Below, in pieces: positions 38,323 to 52,550 of a stretch of 64,000 bases of DNA. The stretch is taken from contig OZ024748.1 in assembly GCA_964016885.1 (NCBI GenBank), positions 25,296,001 to 25,360,000 on the forward strand. The letters run 5' to 3'. Source of the DNA: Eledone cirrhosa. Lineage: Eukaryota. The translations under genes were made by a program, and so were the position numbers. The notes beneath the pieces were generated by a model that was not told the origin of the DNA, ran no database searches, and saw only the letters and a program-made list of their open reading frames with translations. How positions within the stretch are numbered: the stretch's first letter is position 1; every line of letters starts with the position of its first letter.

Positions 38323-38523
38323 CAATAAATGTAATCTGAGTTTTTCGAATATTAATAATAACATTCGATTTGTTTGCAATTATGCAAACAAGCCTCAATT
38401 TTATAGCCATATCAGTAGAATGAACCCTCATTCTTGTTCTTGTGTTGGCAGAGGTTTGTTTGCATAATTGCAAACGAATCGAATGTTATTATTAATATTC
38501 GAAAAACTCAGATTACATTTATA
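38323..38523. repeat. Fold-back with arms of about 70 bp inside a (TA)n-bounded insert
   Basis: ATAAATGTAATCTGAGTTTTTCGAATATTAATAATAACATTCGATT.. versus its reverse complement at about 38455-38523. Confidence 0.85.
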
Positions 38524-39650
38524 TATATATATTCTAATGCATCTATCTATATACAAATATATTAACACATCTACAAACTTGTTAGTACCAGAAAAAGATA
38601 GTTTTTATAACAATGGTTACTTGTCATGCAAATTTTATAAATGAATAGAGGGCAAAGTTTGTATATTTTCCTTGAATACATTACTACAAAATTGTTGCAT
38701 GCAACTGAAATTATAAAACAGTCTCATAATAACAGGCAGTTTAGGATGTTGAGAATAGACACCCAATTTTCGTTTCAATTTTTAGATTTTATTCTGTCTG
38801 TTGAATAACTTTGAATTTAAAATTAGGACAAATTGGGCTTATTATTCAATTTGACTTTTTTTTCCTTTTCTATAAATGTATTTATTAACTCTAGCCATAG
38901 CCATTAATTTTATCATAACTATACACATTTTTTGTGAGAATTTCAAATCCTAGAATGGATATACCAGTACTAATGAATCTAAACTAAGAACAAATATTAG
39001 GCATATCTCAAAAGTGAGAAATGTATCTTTTTAATTTTAACTAGATGTAACTAGATGTAAATAGGTCTACATGATCAGAACTCACTTGGGCCTACACAAC
39101 AATTAAATGTAAACACATTTTTGGTTGCTATTTTCAACATGACCTTGGTTGCTATTTTCAACACGACCTTTGGTTGCTATTTTCAACAAGACCTATTGAG
39201 ATTTTTTTTTTTTTTGCTTGTTTTTGTTTTTTTAATAATGTGAAAACACAATTTACTATCTGGCACTGAAACTCTAAAATGTTTAAGAAGAACTTTTTTT
39301 TCTTCTTGTATTAAATCTGCAAATTTATGACTGAAATACATGATATGGATTTGATGTCAATTGTAGAGCTCAGCGAAACTGCAGAAGCCTGATCACAATA
39401 AACTGTGATCTTAATTGTCATTTAAACATATTGTTGTCTGTGTTCAGAAGAGAAGAAAAAAAAACCATCCTCATAGCTGGACCACATTTGGCACGAATGT
39501 AAGCAAAAGATAAATCAGAATAATTTGTAACATAAGCAAAAAATAAAGTAGACCTTGTATGAAACAATTATCAAGTTAAAAAGCACCTTGATATATATAT
39601 ATATATATATGCATATATGTATGTATCTATATATATGTGTATATATGTAA

Positions 39651-39705
<55 letters not shown>

Positions 39706-40210
39706 TATGGGAGTGGAGTTGTATGTGTATATTTAGGGGTGGGGATGTTTGTATATATATTTATGAAGACATGTATGTACGTGTACATACATCTATTCAT
39801 GTGTATATAGGTATACATGCTTATATGTACCCATGCTTGTATGCATGAATGTGTGTGAGCGTGTGTGGATATCTTTCTTAAATCTGCCTGTTTTAGTCCT
39901 TGATATTGTTAGTTATAAACAGGAGAATGGAATGAAGTCCACTTTTCTATGTAGCCTGAAAATCTGTTAAGTTCCCTTCCCAACTACAAGAGTAGGAAGA
40001 GTTTAGCCATTTCTTGATAATAAAGGGGAAGGGGGAAGTAAGTTGTAAATATTATTAGAAATGGAAAAGCCCTGAGGAGGAGAATCAGCATATCGTATTT
40101 TATTTATCGTAGAGGACGTGGTTGAAATAATTCATAATTCATATTTTATTACCATAGAGGACGTGGTTGCAGTAATTCATAATTCATGTTTGAATTGGGT
40201 TTTATTATTA

Positions 40211-40245
<35 letters not shown>

Positions 40246-41155
40246 TTCATTATTATATTCATTATTAGTGTCATCCAACTCCAATTGGTGACACTAAAAA
40301 AAAAAAATAAACGAATTGGGTTAATAAAAACAAAAGAACCAAAAAAAAATGGTAAGCCAGTTGTTATGATCAACCTGGCAGATATGGTAATGATTCTTAC
40401 AACAATGCTATGAAGATAGTTATAAGAACTTGTGAAGGGATCGGTTAGTCTGGCAGTAGAGCTTTAAAAAACATTTTTTTTTTATTTCATCGAAACAGTG
40501 ATGTTTTTTTTCTTTCTTTTTCTTTTTCTTTTTCTTTTTCTTTTTCTTTCTTTTTTTAGATTTTATTTGGGGGGTGGGGGATCACTTTTGGGTTAGAATA
40601 AGCAGCATGTTATATTGGAAATTTGTTAAAACCCATGAGCAGAATCATCATTTCACTTGGTAATTAAACTAATCATACATTATTTATATGTCTTCAAATT
40701 ACACAGAGACTTAGAGGAGGTCATCCCAAATAGATTAATTAACTAATGATCAAATCAACAAAATGATCATCAAAAGCATTCAGCATTTGAATTGAAAGAA
40801 CATTTATGGGATAGGGCAAATAAGTAAAAAGGACTGTTTTAGTTAATGAAGTCAGGATTATAAAATACTGCGAATGCCATGAGAAAATATATAATTCCAT
40901 TGATTTTACTTCCTTTGGTAATGTAACAAAATATTTCACAGATGATTTAATGTAACATTCATTCAGGATAATATAAAGGCTTATTTTAGAATATCTGGTA
41001 TTTTATACAATGTCATTTCTTCATTGTCTTCAATGCTATTGTGTTTTATATCATTTTTTCCCTTTACTACTTCAAATGATTGCATAGATATTGCTTACAT
41101 ACAAACACACATACATATATATATTAATAATATATATATATATATAAAAACACAT

Positions 41156-41202
<47 letters not shown>

Positions 41203-42869
41203 AGTGTGTGTGTGTGTGTATATATATATTATATATGTGTGTGTATGTGTGTGTGTGTGTATTACAAAGCTATGTGGAAATGCATTACTTTTTTTGTTTT
41301 CTCACCCTTAAGCTAACATAAAGAATTGTATCACTGGTGCTATACTGACAATCAGCAGAGTTTCTTACAAAAGTAGATTAATATAGCAATTTCTTCATAA
41401 ACTGCATGACCATGAAGACTACATGCAAAATATACTCTATTTAAACATTATTTTGTAAAAGTGAAGAATATTGGTTAGATTAGATTAATTTGTAGCTCAA
41501 TATTAGTTAGTTCTTTGAAGATTTCTTTTAGCACATGTCTTTAACTTAGCAGTACAGAATTTCATTCTGAAGATGAATCATTTGTTCCGTCTTCAGAAAG
41601 AAATTATTTGATAGACGAATTCATATTGAGCATGTTTGCTACATTTATTGCCAAACATCAACTGCTGGTTTTGATGCAATGACAGGGGTTGCCAAAATAG
41701 CTTTCAGATGGAAAGACATTTCCATGCATTTTCTTGAAAAGAGAACATTAACAGTTTTGACATTAACACATGTAAAGTTGTTTTCCTTGATTGGTGAAGA
41801 TAACACCAATAGATACGAGTTAAGAGCATATAAACGGGTTATAGAGAAGGACATCTTGTTGCAATGTTGTAATTAAGAACCAACAGCAATTTGGAGAGAA
41901 GGGGATGGGTTCTTATAAAGTAAATCTTGCTGAAGGTTATGAAAGCTGAATGAACAATGAAACAGTTTATGACATTTTGTTTTGAATCAATGAATTATTC
42001 CTATTGCTGCAACTTTATTCACACAGTAAACTTTTACGCAAGTGTGACGTAAATAAGGTTTAGGCTGGCCAAACAAATCTTGGCTAGAATTCTTTAGGTA
42101 ATAGTAAAATTATTTCACCAACAAAATATTTTGTTTATTTGCTGTGTTTTGAAACAAACCTAAGATGAATTTTGGAAATGAGTATTTTTCAATAGTGGGT
42201 ATAGTTTCACAATTGCAGATATATTATGTCCTATGCAACTATACCCTGGTATAAAAGACAAGGAAGATTGCACTTCAGTCAGACATGGCTTCATACCAGC
42301 TAGAAATATCAACAAAGAAATATTATTATTTATTTTATTCTTATTATAAAAATATTTATTTCTTGTTGTTCCAGCGCCACCATAACCAAAAGGTAAAATA
42401 ACAACTAAAGAAGTTGAAAAAAATCATGTATTGCTTTCTTGCTACTTTATGTAAATAACCACATCATTGCCATCACCATGAAAGATATATTTATGCAGCA
42501 AGTTATAGATTACCTTGTTGTTCTTCTAAACAAAAAATTTTTAAAACTGTTTCAACCTGAATAGTCAGTTTTAGGGTCTGTTTAAAACTGATAAACGTAT
42601 TTGAATCACTCATTCAATCAATCGCTTGGTTCTCTTTTACTATCATTGGATTAATTTCATTCAACAATTGGTTGATTTCTATTTTACTAGAATAGTTGGG
42701 TTAAAATATAAATATTCCATATTGCTTGATTATTAGATTAGATTAGATTGTCTTAAAAACAAATCGAGGCAATAAATAATTTTCATTATTGATCTTATAA
42801 TTTACATTGATTAAAATAATCTGAAAATTAGGATTTATAATATTTGATGTACTCTCTATCTATATATAC

Positions 42870-42904
<35 letters not shown>

Positions 42905-42983
42905 TGTATGTATGTATGTGTGTGTGTAAACATTAATTCTTTTAATTATTTTTTTAAAAAGAAATAGGGGAAAACTACCTTAA

Positions 42984-43245
42984 CCCTTTTGATGCCAAAC
43001 CACCTGAAACTACTCCTGCTTTCACAATACTAAGCTCTTTATTTTTAAATGTTTATATTTACCTAAAAACCTTCTATCATAATTTTATGTAAGAACCTTT
43101 GTTAAGTTATGTTCTAACACCAGCTTAATAATGAGAAATTTATTTTTTATATTATTAAATCTCTCAAAATTCTTGATTACATTCAAAGTTATTTGAAAAA
43201 CATAGTCAGTGTCTTTCGTGTGAGATATGGTAATGAAATGTTTAA
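42984..43245. mobile_element. piggyBac-type MITE (degenerate)
   Basis: TTAA|CCCTTTTGATGCCA .. TGGTAATGAAATGT|TTAA; the right end resembles the 48-bp satellite unit at 1-505. Confidence 0.55.
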
Positions 43246-43841
43246 CATCTATTCTGAATTTTTCTTTAGGATCAATAAAATAAAAAGCAGTAATATATGG
43301 TCCCTTGTTTAATCCAGTATTACAGGTTCAGTGAAGGAAACTAGAAATATGTCTTAAATTAATTTAATTTTTAGTGTTATTAATTTAAATCAAATACACC
43401 TTCAAGTAGAAACAGAATCCAAACTGTCTCATACATAAGTGGGGGAGAATGGACTTATGTGGAATTATTGCAATGAAATTTAAATCCAGTGAGTTCTATG
43501 TTAATGAATAATAAAAATTCATTTATTTATGGTAAATTTGGTGTGTGCTAGAAGAGCATCATTTAGTTTTAGTGCAATTAGAAACCATCTTCATTGATGG
43601 TCAGCCAATAGTAATTAAATGTTACCTTTATTTCACACTGACTTAGTTCAAACCATCATTCTTTCTCATTCTTTATCTCTTTCAGTATATATTCTGATTG
43701 ACCTTCGAACTCACACACACACACACTTTCTCTCTCTCTCTTTCTCTCTCTCCATCTCTTTATCTCTCACACACACACCTTTTCTCTTTCGCTAACTCTC
43801 TTGCTCTCTCATGTGCCTCTCACTATGATAGATAGATGTCT

Positions 43842-44113
43842 TCAAGAGTTGATGAATGGCAGTTTTCTGTAATAGTCCAGATCTAATTTAAGTGGAGAAT
43901 GCACTTTGTGAAAATACCATTCTTCCATGCAGTTCAGTGCAACTGGTTGCAAATTCAAATAAAATTTATTCACAAACAGTTGTTTCTTCTTTATAAGATT
44001 AGGGATATCACCAACTCCAAAGATGCAAATGCTCCGAACCCAGATTCCTGAACAAGGTGCTTCTCCTCTCCATATAGCATAAGTTGCCAACCACAGCTTC
44101 TTGTCAGGATCCC
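43842..44113 (-). CDS. GCNT-like beta-1,6-N-acetylglucosaminyltransferase (GT14), last coding exon
   Basis: TTTTTAG acceptor; phase-1 join gives GDPDKKLWLATYAIW..CSGIWVRSICIFGVGDIP..LFVNKF..ALNCMEEW..stop, the conserved GCNT C-terminus. Confidence 0.92.
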
Positions 44114-44199
44114 CTAAAAACAGTAAATTCAAGAAACGCATTTTAGACTTTTGAATATTCTAAAATTTTAAGAATTCATTAAAGTGTTCAATAAAAAAT

Positions 44200-44567
44200 G
44201 ACCTTACAATATTACATAATGTCCTTAAAATATAATGACCTTACCATATAATGACCTTACAATAATGACCTTACAATATTACATAATGTCCTTAAAATAT
44301 CCCATAATGTCCTTAAAATATCCCATAATCTCTTTAAAATATCCCATAATGTCCTTAAAATATTACACAATGTCCTTGAAATATCCCGTAATGACCTTAG
44401 ATATTACATAATGGCCTTAAAATATAACATAACATCCTTAAAATATCTCCTAGTGCCCTTAAAATATCCCATACGGACCTTTAAATATGACATAATGCCC
44501 TTAAAATACCCTATAATGTCTTTAAAATATTACATAATGACTTTAAAATCTATAATGTCTTTAAAAT
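44200..44567. repeat. Degenerate 21-22-bp tandem repeat in the GCNT intron
   Basis: CATAATGTCCTTAAAATATCC units. Confidence 0.85.
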
Positions 44568-44986
44568 AGATTCCATCAAAGCTGACAATCTACAAAGATT
44601 GAGACTACTGGCATATCTAGGACATTTATTTATTTATTAATGAATGCTAGGTTAAACCTTGGGAATGCCTAATTCTCCTGTATCTAAAGGACATTCAAAC
44701 ACGTGTCTTAACTAGGAGGCATAGCAGAAGCTGTTAGCTTGAATACCTAACAGGATGCTTGGTTATTCTTGCACCTTAACCACACCATCACCTGACCTAA
44801 TCAATGTATCAGGTGATACTTGCAAGGGAGCTTCATTATTCTAGTCTTAGCCTTACTATCATCCACACTGTTGGTGGCTTGCCTAAAAAAATTATTAGTG
44901 GGAAATTTTAGCACCCATTGTTGTGGTGTGTCATTGAGTGTGTGGGTCTTCTCCTATCTTTTTTTATTTTGGTGGGTATAGGGATC

Positions 44987-46082
44987 TCTTCTTCTTCTTC
45001 TTCTTCTTCTTTGCCCACTTATTCCTGAGAGGGTTGTCAGGGCAGAGTCCTCAAATACTCTTTCCAGCGGGTCCTGTCAGAAGCAACCCTCTCCAACTGA
45101 TCAGGCTGGATCCCCAAGCAAGACCAGCCAATCTCATGCATGTTATCCAACCGTCTTGCTTTGGGTCTACACCTGGGTCTCCTGTTGGTTGGTTTTGCTC
45201 GTTAAATATGTCCAGTGATTCTCTCCCGAGACATTCTGACCACATACCTATAGTATCAGAGCTGTGAGAAGTAATGGCTCTACCTAGAGTGATTCTCTGA
45301 TCTCTGAGCTCTATTGAGTAACATTACTCCAAAGACCCTTCAGAGGAACCCCATTTCAGCTGCTCATAATCGTGATTGTATTCTTTCAGTCATTACCCAA
45401 GATTCGTGACCAAAGGTAAGGGTTGGCACGAATATCGAATTGAAAATAGTGAGTTTAGCTTTTACACCTACCTCCCTTCTTCTGGTTACCGAATGCTGAA
45501 GCTGGTGCATTACTGCACCAGCTCCTGCAATTCTTGCACAATTCAGCTGCCTGCCTTCCATCACACATGAACACAGCTCCAAGATACTTGAACTTCTCCA
45601 CCTGCTTTGATGGAACTCCATTCACATGTAGAGTGCACTGCATGGGCTTTCTTGAGAGGACAAGTGTCTAGGTTTTTGCAAAACTGATTTTCATTCTGGC
45701 CATGCAGCACTCAGCATCAAACCTATCAAGTGCAAGTTTGAGATCCCCTTCTGTTGAGTTAAGTAACACCATGTTGTCAGCAGATTCCAATCAACTGATT
45801 TTACACCCACCAGTCATGATACTACTTCCAACCCAGCTGCCCAATCCTGTTCATGAAAATAATGAACAGGGGAGGTGACAGTACATACCCTTGGTGGAGT
45901 CCAACTCCCACATTGAATAGTTTTGATTTAGCACCATTTATCCAAACATAAATACTTGGGCATTTGTATAAGGACATCATGGCAGCAAGGAGCTGACCAT
46001 TGATCCAATACTCCTGCACAACCTTCCACAGCAGGTCCCGAGAAATGCGGTCATATGCCTTTTCAAGGTCAACAAAACAAGA
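44987..46082 (-). mobile_element. RTE-clade LINE fragment of Rex3/Expander type with a (GAA)n tail
   Basis: CFVDLEKAYDRISR, GVGLHQGYVLSPPLFIIFMNRI, QVEKFKYLG, KAKLTIFNSIFVPTLTFGHESWVMTERIQSRL; (TTC)n on + at about 44987-45010. Confidence 0.88.
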
Positions 46083-46639
46083 ATTTACATATTTGTATGC
46101 ATTCTATTGAAATAAACTTATGCAGGCTTAAAAGAAGTTTTGTTTAAAAAAAGCATAAACCATTCTATATATTCCTATATGATCAACATTGCTCATAGTT
46201 GAGACCCCAAACCTGTTATTGGAGTGGCTTAAATAACGAAAATCAAATATTTGATTACAGTTTGGTTTACATTTGTAAATCAATCAATATTATGCATATC
46301 GATTTTATAAATCATCATCTGAGCATAAATTAGAAGGAGGCTTTTGTGTAAGAACAAATTTGTACTCAAACATACATACATACTACTATGTGTCTCTGTG
46401 TCTGTTGGGGAGGGAGGGGGGCAACTAATAATATATCTCATCAGCTTTCAGTACATTAATCAGTCAATATATCAATCAATGTATTAACTGATTAGTTAAC
46501 ATTTTAACCAACACATTAGTTATTTCAGTAAACATTGCATGAACTGTCTGTAGCTTCTGTGTTAATCTATAATATATATTTACTGTCCAGTGCATGTTAA
46601 CTAAAGTTTATTTCAGTTTCTATTGACCATTGTCTAAGA

Positions 46640-46957
46640 CAAAGGTGTGCAACATATTCCATTGGCAGGCCACTTTTGAACATTGAAACAACTATTAGGG
46701 CCATTAATATTTATTAAGCACTATTCCAAAGATTCACCACAACTTCTTTCCATAACATGGAACTGGGAGATTATAATCCACATAACCCTATCAGTGAAGT
46801 CCTTTTAGTATAGGGGAACTAACAGAAAACTGTACTATGGTTACGAAAATTTCTAAATAAACCTACAAGGTAAAAATAAAAAAAGGTCATCGCGGGCCCT
46901 TCTGACTGGTCTGGCGGGCTGGATTGTGGCCCGCAGGCCGCCTGTTGTACACCCCTG
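46640..46957. mobile_element. hAT (Charlie/Buster-like) MITE
   Basis: TIRs CAAAGGTGTGCAAC / GTTGTACACCCCTG; exact 8-bp TSD GTCTAAGA at 46632-46639 and 46958-46965. Confidence 0.88.
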
Positions 46958-47441
46958 GTCTAAGACATTAACTTATGTCTTAACTGAGAAAGTAACAGTT
47001 GTAATACTTATTTAGCAATCATCATGATCATCATCATCGTTTAACGTCTATCTTCCACGCTAGCATGGGTTAGACGGGAGTTGTCCCACTTGAGGCAAGG
47101 TGGGTTGGGTGACCGTGTCTCACTCGTATAAGACTATCTGGCAGGTTTTCTATGGTTGTTCCAGTTGTTTGATCAATGATATGGTGATGGTGATGGTGAT
47201 GACGCTGATATCATTATCATCATCACCATTTAACGTCCATTTTTCCACTCTAACATGGGTTAGATGAGTTGTGCTGTTGTGAGAAATGCCAGGTCAGGTG
47301 ACCATGTCATGCTCATACAGATTTTGGCTTGGTTTCTACAGTTTCTTGGTTTCTAGCGCATTATACACGCAAAGTGAATATTTAATAATATTTTTCAAGG
47401 GGCATTAAAGTGAATTCAAGTTCACATAAAAAGCAAACAGA

Positions 47442-47501
<60 letters not shown>

Positions 47502-47504
47502 TCA

Positions 47505-48467
47505 CAGGAAACAAGGGCTATCAAATTCTTGGAAGGTTCCATAGAAGCAGTTGACAGCTTCTGTTACCTGGGTAACCAAATTAGCAGAGGAGATGGGTGT
47601 TCAGCAAGTACAGTAGCCAGTGTGAGGACGGGATGGAAAAAGTTCACGAAGCTACTACTGCTTCTAGCTACTAAAGGTTTTTCCCTCAAAATTAAGGGCA
47701 TATTATATGATGCATGTATACGAGCAGCCATGTTGCATGGTAGGGAGACCTGGGCTCTGCATACAGATGACCTGGGAAGATTGGAAAGAAATGAAGCTGG
47801 CATGCTTCATTGAATGTATAATAGTAATATATGAATAGCAAAGCACAAACGAACTGAGAGAGAAACTAGATATAAGAGAGATCGTATGCAGTGTGCAGGA
47901 GGGGAGATTGCGTTGGTCTGGACATGTGATGCGTATGAAGGATGAAAGCTGTATAAAAAGGTGCAGAGCGCTCAAAGTTGAAGATAGCCATTGAGTAGGA
48001 AGATCTAGGAAAACTTGAGATGAGGTGACCTTGCATAATTGCACCTATCAAAGATGATGACACAGGTTCGAGATCTCTGGTGCTATGCAGTTATACAGAA
48101 GACCAGCCTTCCCCTATGCTCAGGTTGAAGCATACATTCAGTATGCACCACTTTCCCCACCCACGTCCTAACACCCTCCCATCTCCGTGCCCCTCCCCCT
48201 GTAAAATGGTTGTTTTGGTGCGATAACAAAAAGCACCTTGCCCACACTGAAAAGTGGTCATGTAGGTGTCATGACAAAAAGCACCCAATACATACTGTAA
48301 ATGTGGTTCATGTTAGGAAGGGCATCCACCCAAAGAAACCAAGCCAAAATCAGTTCTGTATGAGCAAGACATGGTCATCTGATATGGCTTATTTCATAAA
48401 GCGACAACTCATCTAACCCACGCTAGCATGGAAAAATTGACATTAAACGGTGATGAAGATGATGATG

Positions 48468-48469
<2 letters not shown>
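47505..48469 (+). mobile_element. RTE LINE 3-prime fragment in the GCNT intron
   Basis: EAVDSFCYLG..GWKKF..KGILYDACIRAAMLHGRETWAL; 3-prime UTR modules; (GAT)n tail. Confidence 0.88.
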
Positions 48470-48499
<30 letters not shown>

Positions 48500-48566
48500 T
48501 GATAGGAAGAGAGAAAGAAAGAGTTTCTTGGAGACAAAAAAATGTACTTAAAAATAACATTCTTAC

Positions 48567-49683
48567 CTTTGTAGCCACCAGGTGTGTTTAAATGATGGTT
48601 CAATTTAGTATGATGTAATGTTGCCCAAATATATTCATCTGGACTGTAAATGTCTTCAAGCCATTTGATAAAATCCTGTACACGTCGATCTGTTATCACA
48701 AATTTTACGAAATCTCTAGAAAAAACGCCGTAAGCACTTCCTTTTACTATGTTTATGTTATGGGGTGGTGGAATTTTTTTCTTATATGTATTCTCTATTG
48801 TCTTTTTACCATTAACATCGACAACTTTATAAATATATTTAAACCGTCCTGTCAACATGCGAGCCCCAGTTATGCCTTCAATATCATTCGAACCGTTGTA
48901 GATTTTTAAAATTTTCACCAACTCTAAATTTGTTCTTAAGGGGTATGATTGACTAGGAAGATTAATGAAATATTTCCAGCTAACATTACTTTTAAGAAGA
49001 TCCGACATACAGTTTAAATCTGCCTGTAGACGTGTAAAACCAGAATATACTACATCTTCAAGTTTTGAAGCAATGAAAACGTTGTCAAAACAAGCTGCTA
49101 AACGTCTGATATTGTCATGAAGGCTTCTTGAAGATTTAGTATCGATGTGAAGGCAGTATATATTACTGGGTCGATATATAGCACGCAACAAACGCTCCAC
49201 TTGGAAAAAGTCTTTGTATAAAAGAATACTGAAAGCAATGGGGAATTGTTTCTCCTCCTCAGAAACATTAAAAATGTATTTAGATGATTCTTGGATGACT
49301 TTACAACTCTTAAATTCTTGTAAGAAATATCTTCGGTAAAATTTTGAATTAGTTCCAATCTTCGATGATCGCTTAATTTCTTCTTTATCACCTTTGAAAA
49401 TTTGACCACAATTGACCGGACGCATTTGGGAGGAATAAGCGGACAAGCCAGCAATATGTTCGGCCATTCTTTCCCGTCCATGTTTCACGTGATCCATAGG
49501 GAACTCATCAGTTTCTGTCATTTCTGGAGTTACCTGTTGCCGTCTACACCATATCCATACTTGGGAACCCGACAGTAAAACAAGAAGGATGAAGATGTTA
49601 CAAGCTGTGCATCTGAGGCGTAAATAATAGCGTAGACGGCAACAACCTCGAAGCATTTTGACATCAGATACAACTTGTGCCAC
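48567..49683 (-). CDS. GCNT-like core-2/I-branching GlcNAc-transferase (GT14), main coding exon
   Basis: TTCTAG acceptor before 49683; G|GTAAGA donor after 48567. Type II TM segment; EEKQFPIAFSIL, RAIYRPSNIYCLHID, NVFIASKLEDVVY..RLQADLNCMSDLL, WKYFINL, SPDEYIWATL. In-exon ATG at 49656. Confidence 0.95.
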
Positions 49684-50387
49684 CTAGAATGGAAATAAAA
49701 AGAGAAATTAATTTATAACATGGATGGTCAGAATGTATACAGGTCATGGCAGGAATAGGAATAAGATCATAAACATTGGAAAGTGGTCATACTGGTTCCA
49801 TGACAAAAAACACCCAGTGCACCCTGTAAAATGGTCATACTGGTACCATGACAAGGAGCACTCAGTGCACCCTGTAAGGTGGTCATACTGGTGACAAAAA
49901 ACAACACCTAGTGCACCCTGTAAGGTGGTCATATTGATGACACACAAAAAAAAGCAGCCAGTGTACCCTGTAAGGTGGTCATATTGATGACTTAACAAAA
50001 AAACAGCCAGTCCACTCTGTAAGATGGTCAAACTTATGATATACTGGTTTATTGGTGACACAACAAAAAGCAGCCAGTGCACTTTTCTCTGTTTTGTTTT
50101 GTTTTTGTTTTGTTTTTTAACATATTTATTTGAAATAGAAAAACATTACATGAATATAATGCAGTATCTGAAGATGTTATTGAAACAGGGGAAGATAACT
50201 GGATTTACAAGCTGGGATAAATGAAGTGAGTTTTGATAATAATAACAACAATGATGATGACATATTCATTGGTTATATAAACCAAAATAGATCATATATA
50301 TCATTATAATAAACAATCATACAATGGAGGGGCTGAAAACCAGGCATTAATAATGGAGTGAAGCATTACAATATGGTACAGTACAAT

Positions 50388-50566
50388 AATTGTTTCTACT
50401 TTTGGCACAAGGCAAGCAATTACCCAGTGGATTACTGGTACTTTATTTTATCGACCCCGTAAGAACGAAAGGCAAAGTTAACCTCGGCGGGATTTAAACT
50501 CAGAATGGCAAGGGCCATAACTCTATGCATCAAAGCAACTCTCTACTGATACTGCCAATCTACCAC
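50388..50566 (-). mobile_element. tRNA-derived SINE with TSD
   Basis: Same family as 32480; CAGTACAATAAT on both sides. Confidence 0.85.
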
Positions 50567-51149
50567 AGTACAATAATGAAATGAGGTGTATGTTTGTATG
50601 TATGCATGTATATATATATACATAAATTCATATAAAAATGAGAAAATTCATTGCTAAAATGCCTCAGAGGACAGAGACCAGCAGCCAGTGGTTGGCAGAG
50701 AGTCAATCCACGGTCCACGGGTGAGTGACAGGCAGATGAAACGCAGAAAAGACTGAAAGAGGAGGACAAGGAGAAGTATGTTGGCACATAGAATTGACTG
50801 GAAGAAGGAAATAAAGAAAGGTGATGTACAAGACAAGTTCACACACACAGATAGATATCTTCACCCTTATCAGCTTTCAAACCAGCAAAATGGTTCCGCA
50901 TGATTTAATTGAGAGTACCATTTTGAAATGCTGGATCATGCAACAGAAAAATAAATATCATACTGCTTCTCATGAATTTTCTCATTTTTATATGAATTCA
51001 AATACACTCACTTTGTCTCAATCAGAGACAACAATGTTTATTCATAAATATATTGAACCTAGCCTTCTAGTCCACTATGTAGGAAGCTCATGCTGGTACC
51101 ATGGCCTAAGAGCCCCTGGTCCTCCCAGTAAGGTAACATGATCATTTTG

Positions 51150-51457
51150 GAGCCACAACGAAAAGCTCCTAGTCCACACTGTAAAGTGGTCATGTTGGTG
51201 AAACAACAAAAAGTGGTTGTCTTGGTGAAACAATAAGATCTGCACAGTCCAAACTGTAAAGTGGTCGTTTTGGTTCACATGATAAATGTAGTTGGCGTTA
51301 GGAAGGGCATCCAGCCATAGACACCAAGCCAGAAACAGTTCTGTATGACCAAGACATGGTCACCTGACCTAACTTACCTCACAATGAGACAACTAGTTTA
51401 ACATATGTTAGCATGGAAGAATGAACATCAAACAATGATGGTGATGATGATGATGAT
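51150..51457 (+). mobile_element. RTE 3-prime-UTR/tail element
   Basis: CCACACTGTAAAGTGGTC modules, TTAGGAAGGGCATCCAG, (GAT)n tail. Confidence 0.7.
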
Positions 51458-52170
51458 TGCAATGTTTACTAACAAGGGTAATTGGAAAATCAATATAGAG
51501 TTAAATAAATATATATATAGAATATATATATATATAATATAATACTATATATATATATATATATATAGCTAAGAATTACGTTATGGGTACAAATGTCTGT
51601 GGAATGCTCAGACACAGATTCTAATTTCATAAGCAAGGGTGTTCTGATGATCAAACAACTGGAATATTCCTCGTTGAAACCGGTGGATGTCTATTTCACT
51701 ATTGTTACATAACACAAGGCGGTTTTCTTCAGAAAATTATATTCTTTCAGGTGCAAATCTATTTTTTGAAAATTAAATTAGTACCTTTAAATACATGAAA
51801 TTTTGTACAAAATATAGAAAAGGTAATTTTTTTTTTCTGTCTTATCTTTGCTATGTCAAAAATGTCAAAATACTGATTAAAAATAAACATTTTATTTATT
51901 TATTTTGGTTAGAAAATATCAATAAAACATCTTTAATAAATTATTTTCTGTTTTAGTTTTAACTATTGCATATTTTTTATTACTCAATTTTTCACTGAAT
52001 TCTATATTCTGATTTTATTATGTGTACAAAATGGTATTTTCTATAAACTTTATATTTTTCTATATTCCCAATTATTGTGTGTGTGTGTGTGTAGTAAAAT
52101 CAGGCGTTAACCACAAGTTAACAAAGGTATTCTATACATTAGTAGAGTGTGAGCATCATTATTTAATACA

Positions 52171-52550
52171 GGGCGGTGATTTGGCAGTATTGGTAGAGGG
52201 TCGGATGCCATGCTTTGACGCATAGAGTTACGGCCCTTGCCATTCTGAGTTCAAATTCCGCCGAGGTTAACTTTACCTTTCGTCCTTACGGGGTCGATAA
52301 AATAAAGTACCAGTAATGTACTGGGTAATTGCTGGCCTTGTGCCAATAGTAGAAACAATTATTGGGCGGTGGATTGGCAGTATCATTAGAGGGTCAGACG
52401 CCATGCTTGACAGCAAAGAATTACGGCCCTTTATGGTCTGAGTTCAAATCCCGCCGAGGTTAACTTTGCCTTTCATCCTTACGGGGTCGATAAAGTACCA
52501 GTAATGCACTGGGTAATTGCTGGCCTTGTGCCAAAAGAAGAAACAATTAT
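52171..52550 (+). mobile_element. Head-to-tail dimer of the tRNA-derived SINE with one shared TSD
   Basis: Monomers start GGGCGGTG at 52171 and 52363; ATTATTTAATACAG at 52158-52171 and 52546-52559. Confidence 0.85.

Noticed and set aside
41565-41600. CTGAAGA as a hammerhead core
   Set aside because: It pairs with TCTTCAG in a simple hairpin; no stem I or stem III arrangement.
48409-48566. C-terminal tail of the 424-aa ORF (KNVIFKY..MLAWVR)
   Set aside because: Read-through into the intron and an RTE tail; the real C-terminus is the 44113-43842 exon.
52171-52270. tRNA gene
   Set aside because: A/B boxes belong to SINE heads followed by SINE body sequence; no complete cloverleaf. The same holds at 11650-11719 and 19860-19930.
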